From Bacteroidales bacterium (GTDB taxonomy: Bacteria; Bacteroidota; Bacteroidia; Bacteroidales; FEN-979): a DNA stretch of 64,000 nt. Below are positions 18,815 to 29,428 of the stretch, in pieces. Location: NCBI GenBank assembly GCA_023231005.1, contig JALNWG010000002.1, positions 54,092 through 118,091 on the forward strand, in the 5' to 3' direction. Numbering within the stretch: position 1 is the first letter of the stretch; each line of letters begins with the position of its first letter. A program made the translations under genes and the position numbers. The notes below the pieces were generated by a model. It searched no databases. It was not told the origin of the DNA and saw nothing but the letters and a program-made list of their open reading frames with translations.

Positions 18815-20605
18815 GTGCTATCGATAAAACAGTTATTTTTCTATATTCTCACCATCATCGCTCTGTTTTTTTGCCGTTGTGCCAATCCTGTCTCACCCGA
18901 AGGAGGAGCAAAAGATGTTACTCCCCCTAAGGTAATTAGCTGTACCCCTCCAAATCTTTCTGTTCATTTTGCCAAATCCGCTATTCATATCGACTTTAAT
19001 GAATTCATCAATCTTAAAAATCCGCTCTCCGAAATTTTTATTTCACCCCCACTCAAACATCCTCCCGAATCTAAAATCCGAGGGAGAACATTAATAATTG
19101 AGCTCAAAGACTCCCTTTTACCAGCTACTACTTACTCCATTTCATTCGGGAATGCCATTATGGATATTACCGAAAGCAATATTCTAAAAGATTTCAATTA
19201 CGTGTTCTCTACCGGCAACCACATTGATTCCCTCACGCTTAGGGGAAACCTTACAAACGCTTTTGACCACAAACCTCAAAAAGATGTTTTTGCAGAGCTT
19301 TATTGTAATAATAATGACACTTTGCCCCTTGATTCTCTCCCTTTACATGTACCCCCTTATTATGTGACAAAAACCGATGAATTTGGCGACTTTTCTTTTA
19401 AAAATGTTAAAAAAAACAATTATCTTTTATTCGCTTTAGCCGATCAAAATGGAGATCTGATATTTAACCAGCCGACTGAAAAAATTGCTTTTTCAGACTC
19501 ACTGGCTCGGCCTTATTATATCCCGGTGCCAATTCATGACACCCTGCGGAAAGACAGTCTTGCAAAAGTTAAACCTTCTGATCTGACTCAAAAAAAAATG
19601 GACTCCCTGAAAAGGGCAGACTCAATCCACAAAATAGATTCAATAGCCCAGATTGAAAAACATTTTCCAAAATACCCGCTGTTTCTCTTTGAATCCATTG
19701 ATTCTATTCAACGCATTGTAAATTCCGGATTTTTAAAGGAAGGAGTTGTACAGTTAATTTTTCGCTTTCCAGTTCGCCAGGTTCAGGTTTTACCGCTTAA
19801 TTTGAATTCTTCCGTCACCTGGTCTGTCCAGGAATTTTCTTCACGTCGTGATACGATGTTAATTTGGTTTACTCATCCTGAAAGCGATTCCCTGATTGCG
19901 GAAGTTAGCGCTGATGGAAAATTATTGGATACCCTAAGATTGGCTTATTTCAAAAAGGAAATTTCGAAAAAAGGAGATAAAAAAAACGCCCATTCTCAAC
20001 TTGAGTTAAAAAATTCAGTTTCTTCCAGCGGGTTTAATCAATTCCGTTCTAATTTTGAACTCACCGCCTCCTATCCTATTCTCCGATGGAACTTTTCACG
20101 TATTCTCCTGATAGAAGATAAAGACACAATTCATCCAAAGCTCGAATTTACAGATAGTATCAAACGCCATATCCTTCTTTCTCATAAATGGAAGGAAGAT
20201 AAAATGTATCAGCTTTTAATTCCTGACTCTGTCTTCTTCAGCATCAACAACCTATCGCATGATACCATCCGGCAAACCATTAAAACAAAAGCCGAAAAAG
20301 ACTTCGGAAACTTTTCCCTCTCATTGAATCTTGAAAACCATCCTGGACAATATATTATCCAATTGATCAACGAAAATGAGACAACCATCTTTGAAGAATT
20401 TATCGTAACCAATTCTGCAAAAATTCAATTCCCTCATATAACACCAGGAAAATTCAAAGTAAAGGCAATTCTCGATCGTAATAAAAATAAACATTGGGAT
20501 ACGGGTAACTATCCCAAAAAAATTCAACCAGAAATGGTTCTATATTTCCCGAAAGTGATCGAAATTAGAGGCAACTGGGATGTGGAAGAGCGTTGGGATC
20601 TTTAA
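18815..20605 (+). CDS. Ig-like (Big_5/SbsA-type) domain lipoprotein
   Basis: GTG start. Signal peptide ending FFCRC, then ANPVSPEGGAKDVTPPKV, then a beta-rich body. Resembles a conserved Bacteroidota lipoprotein family. Function unknown. Confidence 0.6.
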   Translation: MLSIKQLFFYILTIIALFFCRCANPVSPEGGAKDVTPPKVISCTPPNLSVHFAKSAIHIDFNEFINLKNPLSEIFISPPLKHPPESKIRGRTLIIELKDSLLPATTYSISFGNAIMDITESNILKDFNYVFSTGNHIDSLTLRGNLTNAFDHKPQKDVFAELYCNNNDTLPLDSLPLHVPPYYVTKTDEFGDFSFKNVKKNNYLLFALADQNGDLIFNQPTEKIAFSDSLARPYYIPVPIHDTLRKDSLAKVKPSDLTQKKMDSLKRADSIHKIDSIAQIEKHFPKYPLFLFESIDSIQRIVNSGFLKEGVVQLIFRFPVRQVQVLPLNLNSSVTWSVQEFSSRRDTMLIWFTHPESDSLIAEVSADGKLLDTLRLAYFKKEISKKGDKKNAHSQLELKNSVSSSGFNQFRSNFELTASYPILRWNFSRILLIEDKDTIHPKLEFTDSIKRHILLSHKWKEDKMYQLLIPDSVFFSINNLSHDTIRQTIKTKAEKDFGNFSLSLNLENHPGQYIIQLINENETTIFEEFIVTNSAKIQFPHITPGKFKVKAILDRNKNKHWDTGNYPKKIQPEMVLYFPKVIEIRGNWDVEERWDL

Positions 20606-20620
20606 TTAACCCACGAGGAT

Positions 20621-20923
20621 TCAACTGGAAGCGCATTGATTGATACAATCAATGATATTAGAGAGCGCTTCCATTTTAAGAGAATAATAAATCATCTTTC
20701 CATTGCGCTTTGATGCCAACAATCCTTTGTTTTTTAAAATATTCAGGTGATGTGAGGCAGAGGCTTGTTCAATGTTAAGCCGTTCATAAATTTCTGTGAC
20801 CGTCAGTTGCTTGTTATTTGTCAACAGTTCAATGATGGCAATCCGCATCGGATGTGCAATGGCACGCAGTTTACTCGCTGCGGTTTCAAGTTTCTGGATG
20901 TCAAGAATTGCATTTTTCTTCAT
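20621..20923 (-). CDS. ArsR/SmtB family transcriptional regulator
   Basis: 100 aa winged helix: RAIAHPMRIAIIELL...LTVTEIYERLNIEQASASHHLNILKNKGLL. Confidence 0.8.
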   Translation of the reverse strand: MKKNAILDIQKLETAASKLRAIAHPMRIAIIELLTNNKQLTVTEIYERLNIEQASASHHLNILKNKGLLASKRNGKMIYYSLKMEALSNIIDCINQCASS

Positions 20924-20942
20924 TATTATTATTTTTATTACT

Positions 20943-20957
20943 TATTTGACAAATATA
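20943..20957 (-). promoter_or_regulatory. candidate -7 box of arsR overlapping a 6-1-6 palindrome (possible autoregulatory operator)
   Basis: TATATTTG on the minus strand (20957-20950), 26 nt upstream of ATG 20923. Palindrome TATTTG-A-CAAATA at 20943-20955. Confidence 0.4.
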
Positions 20958-20994
20958 TAAATTAACAATGACGTATATATATAAATATTTAAGA

Positions 20995-22629
20995 TTATTT
21001 TTCAAACAGGTCTGTCAATGAAAACCTAGTTCCGTCGAACAATCCTCGATCACTAAGTTTCAGGGTGGGGATGACCAATAGCGCCATAAACGATAATGTC
21101 ATATAAGGTGCAGCCAGGCTACTTCCCATTTCTCTAACTTTTTTATCCATCCAATCGTACTTCTTGGCTATAGAATAAGCATCATCCCCCGACATAATTC
21201 CTGCAAATGGAAGAGGCAATATAACCTTTGTATCCCCTTCAATCAAAGCAATACCTCCCATAGATTCAATAACGAGATTTACTGCCGCAGTGATAGATTC
21301 ATCATCAACACCCACAGCTACAATATTATGGCTATCGTGAGCAACGGAAGATGCGATGGCTCCTTTTTTTAGCCCAAAGTTGGAGATGAATCCAATGGAG
21401 GAGGGAGATTGAAAATAGCGGTTTTTAACCACCAACTTTAGCAAATCTCGATTGGGATCTGCCACAACCATACCTGCTTTTAAAGTAGGCTCAACCAAAT
21501 GCATTTCGGTGATCAATTGCCCGTCCAATGCCCCAATAACCTTAATTTGGGATCCCTGAGGAAAGACCTGAAGATCTTCCTTTCGGATTTCAGATATGTT
21601 AAATTGATTGATCGGCGTTTCTGTTACCCTTTGAATCAGCGATTTGCCATGATCGGCAACCAGTTTTCCATCAATAAAAGTATTGAGAACAGAAAAATCA
21701 CTCAGGTTATTGACAACAATAAAATCAGCCGGATCTCCACATTGAAGTAACCCGATTTTCAAATGATAATGCTTCACTGGATTATAGGTACAGGTTCTAA
21801 TCACGTCCAGAACATCCAATCCCATGGCCAGAGCTCTTTTCACTTCACAATTGATATGTCCCTTCACCAGATCATTCGGATGCTTGTCATCGGAGCAAAG
21901 CATCACGAAATCGGGTGATTCTTTAATCAGCGGAGCCAGCGTTTCGAAATTTTTAGCAGCACTTCCCTCCCGGATTAAAATATGCATGCCATATTTTATT
22001 TTTTCTCTTGCTTCATCAAGCTCATAACATTCATGATCCGTAGAAATTCCAGCGTTTATATATTTTTCAGCATCGCGGCCTTTAACGCCGGGAGCATGTC
22101 CATCCACTGGTTTCCCTGCTTTCCGGCAAGCCTCCAATTTGGCCATCACTTCAGGATCTTCAAATAAAACGCCAGGGCAATTCATCATTTCCGATAAATA
22201 CCCGATCTCAGGCATACTGAGAAGTTCTTTCACCTCATCAACACCCAAATGAGCACCGGCGGTTTCAAAGGCAGTAGATGGAACACAGGAAGGAGCGCCA
22301 AAATTAAACTTGAAAGGGACCTTATTCCCGTTTTCTATCATGAATTTAACGCCAGGGACTCCCAATACGTTGGCAATCTCATGGGGATCGGAAACAGTTC
22401 CTACGGTACCATGAACCACTGCCAGTCTGGCAAACTCCGACGGGATTAACATAGAGCTTTCCACATGGATATGGGCATCAATCAAACCAGGCAGAATAAA
22501 TTGTGTGGCAGTAACAGATTCCTCCCGAATATTGGTAATTTCCCCATTTCTTACAACTACTGTCCCCTGAAAAATACGATTCCCAACAACATCCACAATA
22601 TTGCCAGATATTTCAAAATTGCTTTCCAT
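20995..22629 (-). CDS. ade: adenine deaminase
   Basis: 544 aa. Amidohydrolase HxH in LPGLIDAHIHVESSML. Overall length and pattern match the Ade family. Confidence 0.85.
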   Translation of the reverse strand: MESNFEISGNIVDVVGNRIFQGTVVVRNGEITNIREESVTATQFILPGLIDAHIHVESSMLIPSEFARLAVVHGTVGTVSDPHEIANVLGVPGVKFMIENGNKVPFKFNFGAPSCVPSTAFETAGAHLGVDEVKELLSMPEIGYLSEMMNCPGVLFEDPEVMAKLEACRKAGKPVDGHAPGVKGRDAEKYINAGISTDHECYELDEAREKIKYGMHILIREGSAAKNFETLAPLIKESPDFVMLCSDDKHPNDLVKGHINCEVKRALAMGLDVLDVIRTCTYNPVKHYHLKIGLLQCGDPADFIVVNNLSDFSVLNTFIDGKLVADHGKSLIQRVTETPINQFNISEIRKEDLQVFPQGSQIKVIGALDGQLITEMHLVEPTLKAGMVVADPNRDLLKLVVKNRYFQSPSSIGFISNFGLKKGAIASSVAHDSHNIVAVGVDDESITAAVNLVIESMGGIALIEGDTKVILPLPFAGIMSGDDAYSIAKKYDWMDKKVREMGSSLAAPYMTLSFMALLVIPTLKLSDRGLFDGTRFSLTDLFEK

Positions 22630-22641
22630 GAGCTTCCTGAT

Positions 22642-23697
22642 TTAAAGTATATTAATTAACTGTTTGTTTCGTGAATGACATGCCAATTGTCCGCAAGCAG
22701 CATCGATATCCTGACCCCTGCTTTTTCTGACATTAACAACCATGTTTCGTTTTTCTAAAAAATTAACAAATGCTTTTTCATCCTCCGGATCAGATTTGAT
22801 AAACCCGGTTTCTTTTACGGGATTGTATTCAATGATGTTGATCTTTACCGGAAAGTTCTTACAAAAAACGGCCAATTCTTTTGCATCGGCAATGGTATCA
22901 TTAAACTTCCCTAAAAGGATATATTCGATGGTTAGTCGTTTATGACTATGGGCATAATAATATTTCAATGCATCAATAATCTCTGTGAGTGAATAATTCC
23001 GGTGGAAAGGTATTATTTTTTCCCGCTTTTTATCATTGGCAGCATGAAGAGAAAGTGCAAAATGAAATTTTGCTCCATCATCGGTCATTTTGCGGATCAT
23101 TTTAGGAATTCCGATACTGGAAACTGTAATCCGTTGGGGTGACATGGCTAATCCATCCGTTGCAGTAATTTTTTCAATGGCCATTTTCACGGCTTCATAA
23201 TTCAGGAAGGGTTCCCCCATTCCCATAAAAACGATATTGGAAAGGTGGGGTGCTAGGTTTGAAAGGTGGACTACCTGATCCACGATTTCGCCTGTAGTGA
23301 GGTTTCGGGTAAATCCTAATTTTCCTGTGGCGCAAAAATTACATCCAAGGGAACAACCAACCTGAGAAGAGATGCATGCCGTTGCGCGATCCCCGGAAGG
23401 GATCATTACGCCCTCAACCTGAAATCCGTCGTGTAACCCAAAAGCAACCTTGATGGTTCCATCGGAACTCTGTTGTTTTATGGCGACAGAAGCCGTGTTG
23501 AAAGAGAACTGGCTGGCAAGCAGTTGTCGTGCTTCTTTGGAAAGAGTGGTCATCGCGTTGAACGACTGGCAGGACTTTTTCCATAACCAATCATACGCCT
23601 GCCCCGCTCTGAATTTTTTTTCTCCATGCTGAAGGAAGAAATTTTCCAATTCTTCACGGGTTACCGATCTGATATCAAGAATTTCTTTACCACTCAT
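22642..23697 (-). CDS. rlmN: 23S rRNA (adenine2503-C2)-methyltransferase, radical SAM
   Basis: CxxxCxxC cluster CSLGCNFCATG, MGMGEP, and C-terminal Cys context DIDAACGQL. Confidence 0.95.
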   Translation of the reverse strand: MSGKEILDIRSVTREELENFFLQHGEKKFRAGQAYDWLWKKSCQSFNAMTTLSKEARQLLASQFSFNTASVAIKQQSSDGTIKVAFGLHDGFQVEGVMIPSGDRATACISSQVGCSLGCNFCATGKLGFTRNLTTGEIVDQVVHLSNLAPHLSNIVFMGMGEPFLNYEAVKMAIEKITATDGLAMSPQRITVSSIGIPKMIRKMTDDGAKFHFALSLHAANDKKREKIIPFHRNYSLTEIIDALKYYYAHSHKRLTIEYILLGKFNDTIADAKELAVFCKNFPVKINIIEYNPVKETGFIKSDPEDEKAFVNFLEKRNMVVNVRKSRGQDIDAACGQLACHSRNKQLINIL

Positions 23698-24244
23698 CTT
23701 TTTTAATTATGACCGGTTTCATTTTTTCTTTCAGGGTGGAAACCAAACGTTGCATCGTAGTATCAATCTGATAAAGATAGGAATCCCAGTTGGCATTATA
23801 AGAAGGATCGGTCTTGTTAAGCCATTTTTCAATAGGAAAACGCGATGTTCCTTTGAGGTTGAAATCAGTTAGGGTATAACGATATTTATTATTTCGTAAT
23901 TCGAGTTTGATTTTGTACAATATTATTCCCCCGTCCATCCGGGTTCCCGTTTTTTCTTCATTATAATAGATCTTCATCCGACCGATTCCCTCAATTTTTC
24001 CATTTTCTTTATCCTGAATTGAATATACCGACTGAGGATTTAAATAATAAAAACCGAACCAGGAGATAGCTTTATCGTAAAGGTAACCAGGGGATCCTTC
24101 CTGTTCAATGACACCCCGGTACATAATCTTTTGAGAATCCTGATCAAGAGGCAATGCAGTGGATGACGAGGGTTGCTGGGCATAACCTTCAAGGATTCCC
24201 AAGAATGAAAAAAGAGTTATAAAAACACAGAAAAGCCGTTTCAT
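23687..24244 (-). CDS. DUF4468-like (TBP-fold) secreted protein
   Basis: Signal peptide MKRLFCVFITLFSFLGILEGYAQ from ATG 24244; ATG 24262 is an alternative. KIKLELRNNKYRYTLTDFNL resembles the DUF4468 core. The last 11 nt overlap the rlmN start. Confidence 0.55.
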   Translation of the reverse strand: MKRLFCVFITLFSFLGILEGYAQQPSSSTALPLDQDSQKIMYRGVIEQEGSPGYLYDKAISWFGFYYLNPQSVYSIQDKENGKIEGIGRMKIYYNEEKTGTRMDGGIILYKIKLELRNNKYRYTLTDFNLKGTSRFPIEKWLNKTDPSYNANWDSYLYQIDTTMQRLVSTLKEKMKPVIIKKDEW

Positions 24245-24286
24245 GTCCAATTGGTTTAACATTTACAATATTAATGAAAATTAAAC

Positions 24287-24318
24287 AAAAAAAGCCCCGG
24301 AACCCGGAGCTTTTTTTT
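24287..24318 (-). terminator. intrinsic terminator after groEL
   Basis: GC-rich stem 24293-24311 (AGCCCCGG/CCGGAGCT, 8 bp with one mismatch, 3-nt loop), flanked by a run of 7 A upstream and a run of 8 T downstream. On the minus strand the hairpin is followed by 7 U. Lies 17 nt after the groEL stop. Confidence 0.75.
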
Positions 24319-24334
24319 ACATGGACTTTAACTA

Positions 24335-25987
<1,653 letters not shown>

Positions 25988-26025
25988 TTAAATTGTTATT
26001 TGGTTATTTCAAAATTTTTTGATGA

Positions 26026-26304
26026 TTAAATGACTGCAACGATATCAGATTCGCGCATGATCAGGTAATTCATACCATCAATTGTGATCTCTGTTCCGGC
26101 ATACTTACCGTACAATACACTTTCTCCCACTTTTACAGTCATAGGTTCATCCTTTTTACCAGGACCAACAGCAACAACAGTTCCTTTCTGTGGTTTTTCT
26201 TTCGCAGTATCCGGAATAATGATTCCACCTGCAGTTTTTTCTTCAGCTGCTGCTGGCTCAACCAAAACGCGGTCGGCCAACGGTTTAATCTTCACTTTTG
26301 TCAT
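26026..26304 (-). CDS. groS: co-chaperonin GroES
   Basis: 92 aa. [12 protein letters not shown]...[22 protein letters not shown]. Confidence 0.97.
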   Translation of the reverse strand: MTKVKIKPLADRVLVEPAAAEEKTAGGIIIPDTAKEKPQKGTVVAVGPGKKDEPMTVKVGESVLYGKYAGTEITIDGMNYLIMRESDIVAVI

Positions 26305-26340
26305 TTTACTTATATTTTAAAGTTAAACATTACAAAAATC

Positions 26341-26388
26341 TACCTTTTCGAAAGGTAAGCCTACAAGGTCACATTTTGTGCCAAATGT
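26341..26388 (-). promoter_or_regulatory. two inverted repeats in the groES upstream/leader region
   Basis: IR1 is TACCTTT-TCG-AAAGGTA (26341-26357), 36 nt upstream of the groES ATG. IR2 is ACATTT-N6-AAATGT (26371-26388). Function unknown. Confidence 0.35.
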
Positions 26389-26435
26389 TTTTTTTGAAAT
26401 ATTTATAGACATTTTTTCAGTTATTGATAGAATAG

Positions 26436-26471
26436 AAAAAAAAATGTCAGATTGTTATGACAATCTGACAT
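26436..26471 (-). terminator. intrinsic terminator after secG
   Basis: Perfect 11-bp stem ATGTCAGATTG / CAATCTGACAT (26444-26454 / 26461-26471) with a 6-nt loop. On the minus strand it is followed by 8 U (plus-strand A run 26436-26443). Lies 22 nt after the secG stop. Confidence 0.8.
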
Positions 26472-26492
26472 TGTAAAATGGAAAAGTCGGTT

Positions 26493-26828
26493 TTATTTCT
26501 TTTGGGTTGGAGGAGACTGAAAATCCTTGATTGGCGCAGTTTTACTTTCGTCAATTTGTTTCTGAATTTCACTTTGAGTTGATTTTGCATTTCCCGAATT
26601 ATTCGGAATAACAAAAATGGAGAAAAGACTTAGAACAAGGAGAACAATAGCAAGAGTCCAAGTGGTCTTCTCAAGAAAATCAGCAGTTTTGCGAACTCCC
26701 ATGAATTGATTAGAGGAGGCAAAATTAGAAGCCAACCCTCCGCCCTTTGAGTTTTGAACAAGAACGACCAATACCATTAACACACAAACGATCAGAATGA
26801 GGATAGAAATTAAAATGTATAAACCCAT
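26493..26828 (-). CDS. secG: preprotein translocase subunit SecG
   Basis: 111 aa with two TM helices and the LVQNSKGGGLAS signature. Confidence 0.85.
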   Translation of the reverse strand: MGLYILISILILIVCVLMVLVVLVQNSKGGGLASNFASSNQFMGVRKTADFLEKTTWTLAIVLLVLSLFSIFVIPNNSGNAKSTQSEIQKQIDESKTAPIKDFQSPPTQKK

Positions 26829-26841
26829 GGCTACTTATTAT

Positions 26842-27648
26842 TTATAAAGTATTATTTATTTTCTCAATTTGGGAGGCAAAGTAACGACTTTTTTCTTGAT
26901 TAAGCAAGGATAATTTCTCATAAGTATGAATGGCCTTTGCGATATTGCCTTGTTTAGCATACAATTGGGCTAATGTTTCACTTACTATTTCCTCTTCATC
27001 AAAATTACTCTGATGGGCACTATCAGATGGATTAAAAAAAATTGCTTTGGGCTTGGAGATTTTTGGTTCTTCCCGGATGAATTTTTCGATCAGAAGATTT
27101 TTATCTGTTATTGTTTCTATTGATGGATTAAATGGAGGAGAAATAACTGGTGAGGAAGTGTCTCCCCTGTCCTTCCCAGCTTTTATTTCTGACAGTCGCT
27201 TTTTAACAATTTCCAACAACTCTTCCGGTGTCATCCGATCCTTGATGGGTTTTTCATGAGGTGGAAGAAAATCTTCCGTTTTAATCGCCTGGATCTGTTC
27301 AGGGGTTGGTTCTGGGATTGAAGAATGGACAATTTCCGGTTCAGCGGGTGGTTCGGTTATAAGGATTTGCTCCGAAGGAGCTACTTGTTCTGGTGGGTTG
27401 ATTATTGGTTTTGGCTTTCCCGACTCCATTAGATCTTTCAATTTGCGTCGATCGCCTGAATATGCAGCAGCTTTTTTTAATTGGAGGGGGAATTGAAGGT
27501 TTTCTTCTTTTAAAAGATTAAAAGCAAATAAGATCTGGCTTGTTTGGCAATATGGATAGCGCTTGACAAGATCCTCCAGCATTTTCAAACTCTGGGCATT
27601 GGTTGCCCCGGGATTTTTAATATATTCTGAAAATTGCTGGCGGTTCAT
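26842..27648 (-). CDS. conserved hypothetical protein (Pro/Glu-rich linker, TPR-like C-terminal helices)
   Basis: ATG 27648 (MNRQQFSEYIKNPG...) avoids overlap with lptE. The C-terminus ETLAQLYAKQGNIAKAIHTYEKL is TPR-like. No catalytic motif seen. Confidence 0.55.
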   Translation of the reverse strand: MNRQQFSEYIKNPGATNAQSLKMLEDLVKRYPYCQTSQILFAFNLLKEENLQFPLQLKKAAAYSGDRRKLKDLMESGKPKPIINPPEQVAPSEQILITEPPAEPEIVHSSIPEPTPEQIQAIKTEDFLPPHEKPIKDRMTPEELLEIVKKRLSEIKAGKDRGDTSSPVISPPFNPSIETITDKNLLIEKFIREEPKISKPKAIFFNPSDSAHQSNFDEEEIVSETLAQLYAKQGNIAKAIHTYEKLSLLNQEKSRYFASQIEKINNTL

Positions 27649-27667
27649 ATAAATATTCAAATATATT

Positions 27668-28195
27668 TTACCAGTTGACCACAGCTTTGTTGAAAATATC
27701 CTGTACAAGCTGTTCTGTTATACCGGCTATTAAACCATCCTGAACAGAGGAAAGCTGCAAGGAGCTTGAATAATCCAGATATCGGGTAAATTGTACCGGA
27801 GTTTCCCAATTTTGCTTGGGGTCTGTCCTATTAATAAATTTTACACTGACTGTGATACTAAGACGGTTCATTGCGGCTGTTTCATTTCCCTGGATGGCTA
27901 CCGGTTGCACGAAATATTGCGTTATTGTTCCTTCCAGATTCAAATCACCATTATGGTCGACCAAAGTCAGGTTAGTTTGAGAGGTAAAATAATCTTTCAG
28001 AGCTTCTGTAAGGGTTCGTGACAATGTCGGAACCACAAGGGATGCTGCATTAACAAAATTCGAAATAGAAACAGTTTTAACATTGGCGGAGATGGAAGCG
28101 CCGGTAAAGGTATAATTAACCCGACAAGAAGTCGGGACGATCAAAACCATCACTAAAAAAAAGAAAAAAAGAAAATTCCTTTTAATCAATTTCAT
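27668..28195 (-). CDS. lptE: LptE-like LPS-assembly lipoprotein
   Basis: 175 aa from internal ATG 28195. Signal peptide plus lipobox (LIVPTSC), then YTFTGASI...KTVSISNF...[19 protein letters not shown], typical of Bacteroidota LptE. The upstream 75 codons of the ORF-track ORF lie out of frame inside the sigma-54 activator gene. Confidence 0.65.
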   Translation of the reverse strand: MKLIKRNFLFFFFLVMVLIVPTSCRVNYTFTGASISANVKTVSISNFVNAASLVVPTLSRTLTEALKDYFTSQTNLTLVDHNGDLNLEGTITQYFVQPVAIQGNETAAMNRLSITVSVKFINRTDPKQNWETPVQFTRYLDYSSSLQLSSVQDGLIAGITEQLVQDIFNKAVVNW

Positions 28196-29408
28196 ATTCC
28201 TTGATCTTTCGATATAAGGTCCGCTCCGATATGCCAAGTTCATGAGCTGCATCTTTACGTTTCCCCTCATACTTTGATAAAGCCCGCTTAATGAAATCAA
28301 TCTCTTTTTTTTGCAAAGAGAGATTTTCTTCAACTTCCTCCGGCTCCTGAATGGGGTCCGGTTCATGGAATTGATTATTCGCATGAGGGACAATGATCGA
28401 AGGGTCTTTCTCTGTTTCAAAATCCTTATAGAGCCTCTTGATCAAATGGCTTGTTTCACCAAGGTTACTGCACCCTGCATCTTCATCATTATGCATTAGA
28501 TTCATGACGAGCTGCTTGAGATCATTCATATCCTTCTTCATGTCGAACAGCACCTTATAAAGTAGTTCACGCTCATTGAATTTGGCTGTATCATCCCCTT
28601 TATACAATACCGGAAGATCATTCATTTGACTTTGCGGCATATATTTTATCAGGGTCGGGGCATCAATGAGGCGACTTTTTTCAATAATTGAAATCTGCTC
28701 TGTGAGATTTTTAAGCTGACGAATATTACCTGGCCACCGGTAATTTTTAAGAATCTCCTGCGCTTCCTCATTGAGCTGAATTGTCGGCATCCGATACTTT
28801 TCAGCGGAATCGGAGGCGAATTTACGGAAAAGAAGGTAAATATCTTCCTTGCGTTCACGAAGTGCAGGGACCATAATGGGTACCGTACTGAGCCGGTAAT
28901 AGAGATCCTGGCGAAACTTGTTATTGGCAATGGCATCCTGAATATTGATGTTGGTAGCACCGACCACCCGGACATTTGTTTTTAATACTTTAGAAGAACC
29001 TACTCTAATGAATTCTCCTGATTCAAGTACACGCAACAACCTGACCTGTGTTCCAAGGGGTAACTCTGAAACCTCATCTAAAAATATTGTCCCTCCATCC
29101 ACCACTTCAAAATAACCTTTACGGGCTTCGTGAGCTCCCGTAAACGAGCCTTTTTCATGTCCGAATAATTCCGAATCAATGGTTCCTTCAGGGATAGCTC
29201 CACAATTGACAGCGATATATGGGCCATGTTTTCGTGGACTCAACTGATGGATGATTTTTGGGAAAAACTCTTTACCCGTACCACTCTCTCCACTTACCAA
29301 AACTGTGATATCCGTGGCAGCAACCTGACGGGCAATATCAATGGCCCGGTCGAGCATACTTGAATTGCCTATGATTCCAAAGCGCTGCTTGATTGACAGA
29401 ATATCCAT
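28182..29408 (-). CDS. sigma-54-dependent transcriptional activator (AAA+ plus Fis-type HTH) without an N-terminal sensory domain
   Basis: AAA+ module starts near residue 10 (GIIGNSSML). Walker [15 protein letters not shown] loop as [16 protein letters not shown]-terminal [22 protein letters not shown]. Confidence 0.9.
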   Translation of the reverse strand: MDILSIKQRFGIIGNSSMLDRAIDIARQVAATDITVLVSGESGTGKEFFPKIIHQLSPRKHGPYIAVNCGAIPEGTIDSELFGHEKGSFTGAHEARKGYFEVVDGGTIFLDEVSELPLGTQVRLLRVLESGEFIRVGSSKVLKTNVRVVGATNINIQDAIANNKFRQDLYYRLSTVPIMVPALRERKEDIYLLFRKFASDSAEKYRMPTIQLNEEAQEILKNYRWPGNIRQLKNLTEQISIIEKSRLIDAPTLIKYMPQSQMNDLPVLYKGDDTAKFNERELLYKVLFDMKKDMNDLKQLVMNLMHNDEDAGCSNLGETSHLIKRLYKDFETEKDPSIIVPHANNQFHEPDPIQEPEEVEENLSLQKKEIDFIKRALSKYEGKRKDAAHELGISERTLYRKIKEYEID

Positions 29409-29428
29409 AATTAAAATGAAATTAACAC

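Noticed and set aside
26378-26383. TGGCAC (sigma-54 -24-like) on the minus strand upstream of groES
   Set aside because: The -12 position reads GTGA instead of TTGC at the required 5-nt spacing. The TGGCAC is better explained as part of the ACATTT-N6-AAATGT inverted repeat.
28196-28420. N-terminal 75-codon extension of the lptE ORF; similar extensions occur at 27649-27708, 34083-34124 and 7787-7882
   Set aside because: The extensions overlap the upstream gene or promoter/terminator elements, begin with TTG in several cases, and precede an internal ATG that gives a proper signal peptide or N-terminal motif.
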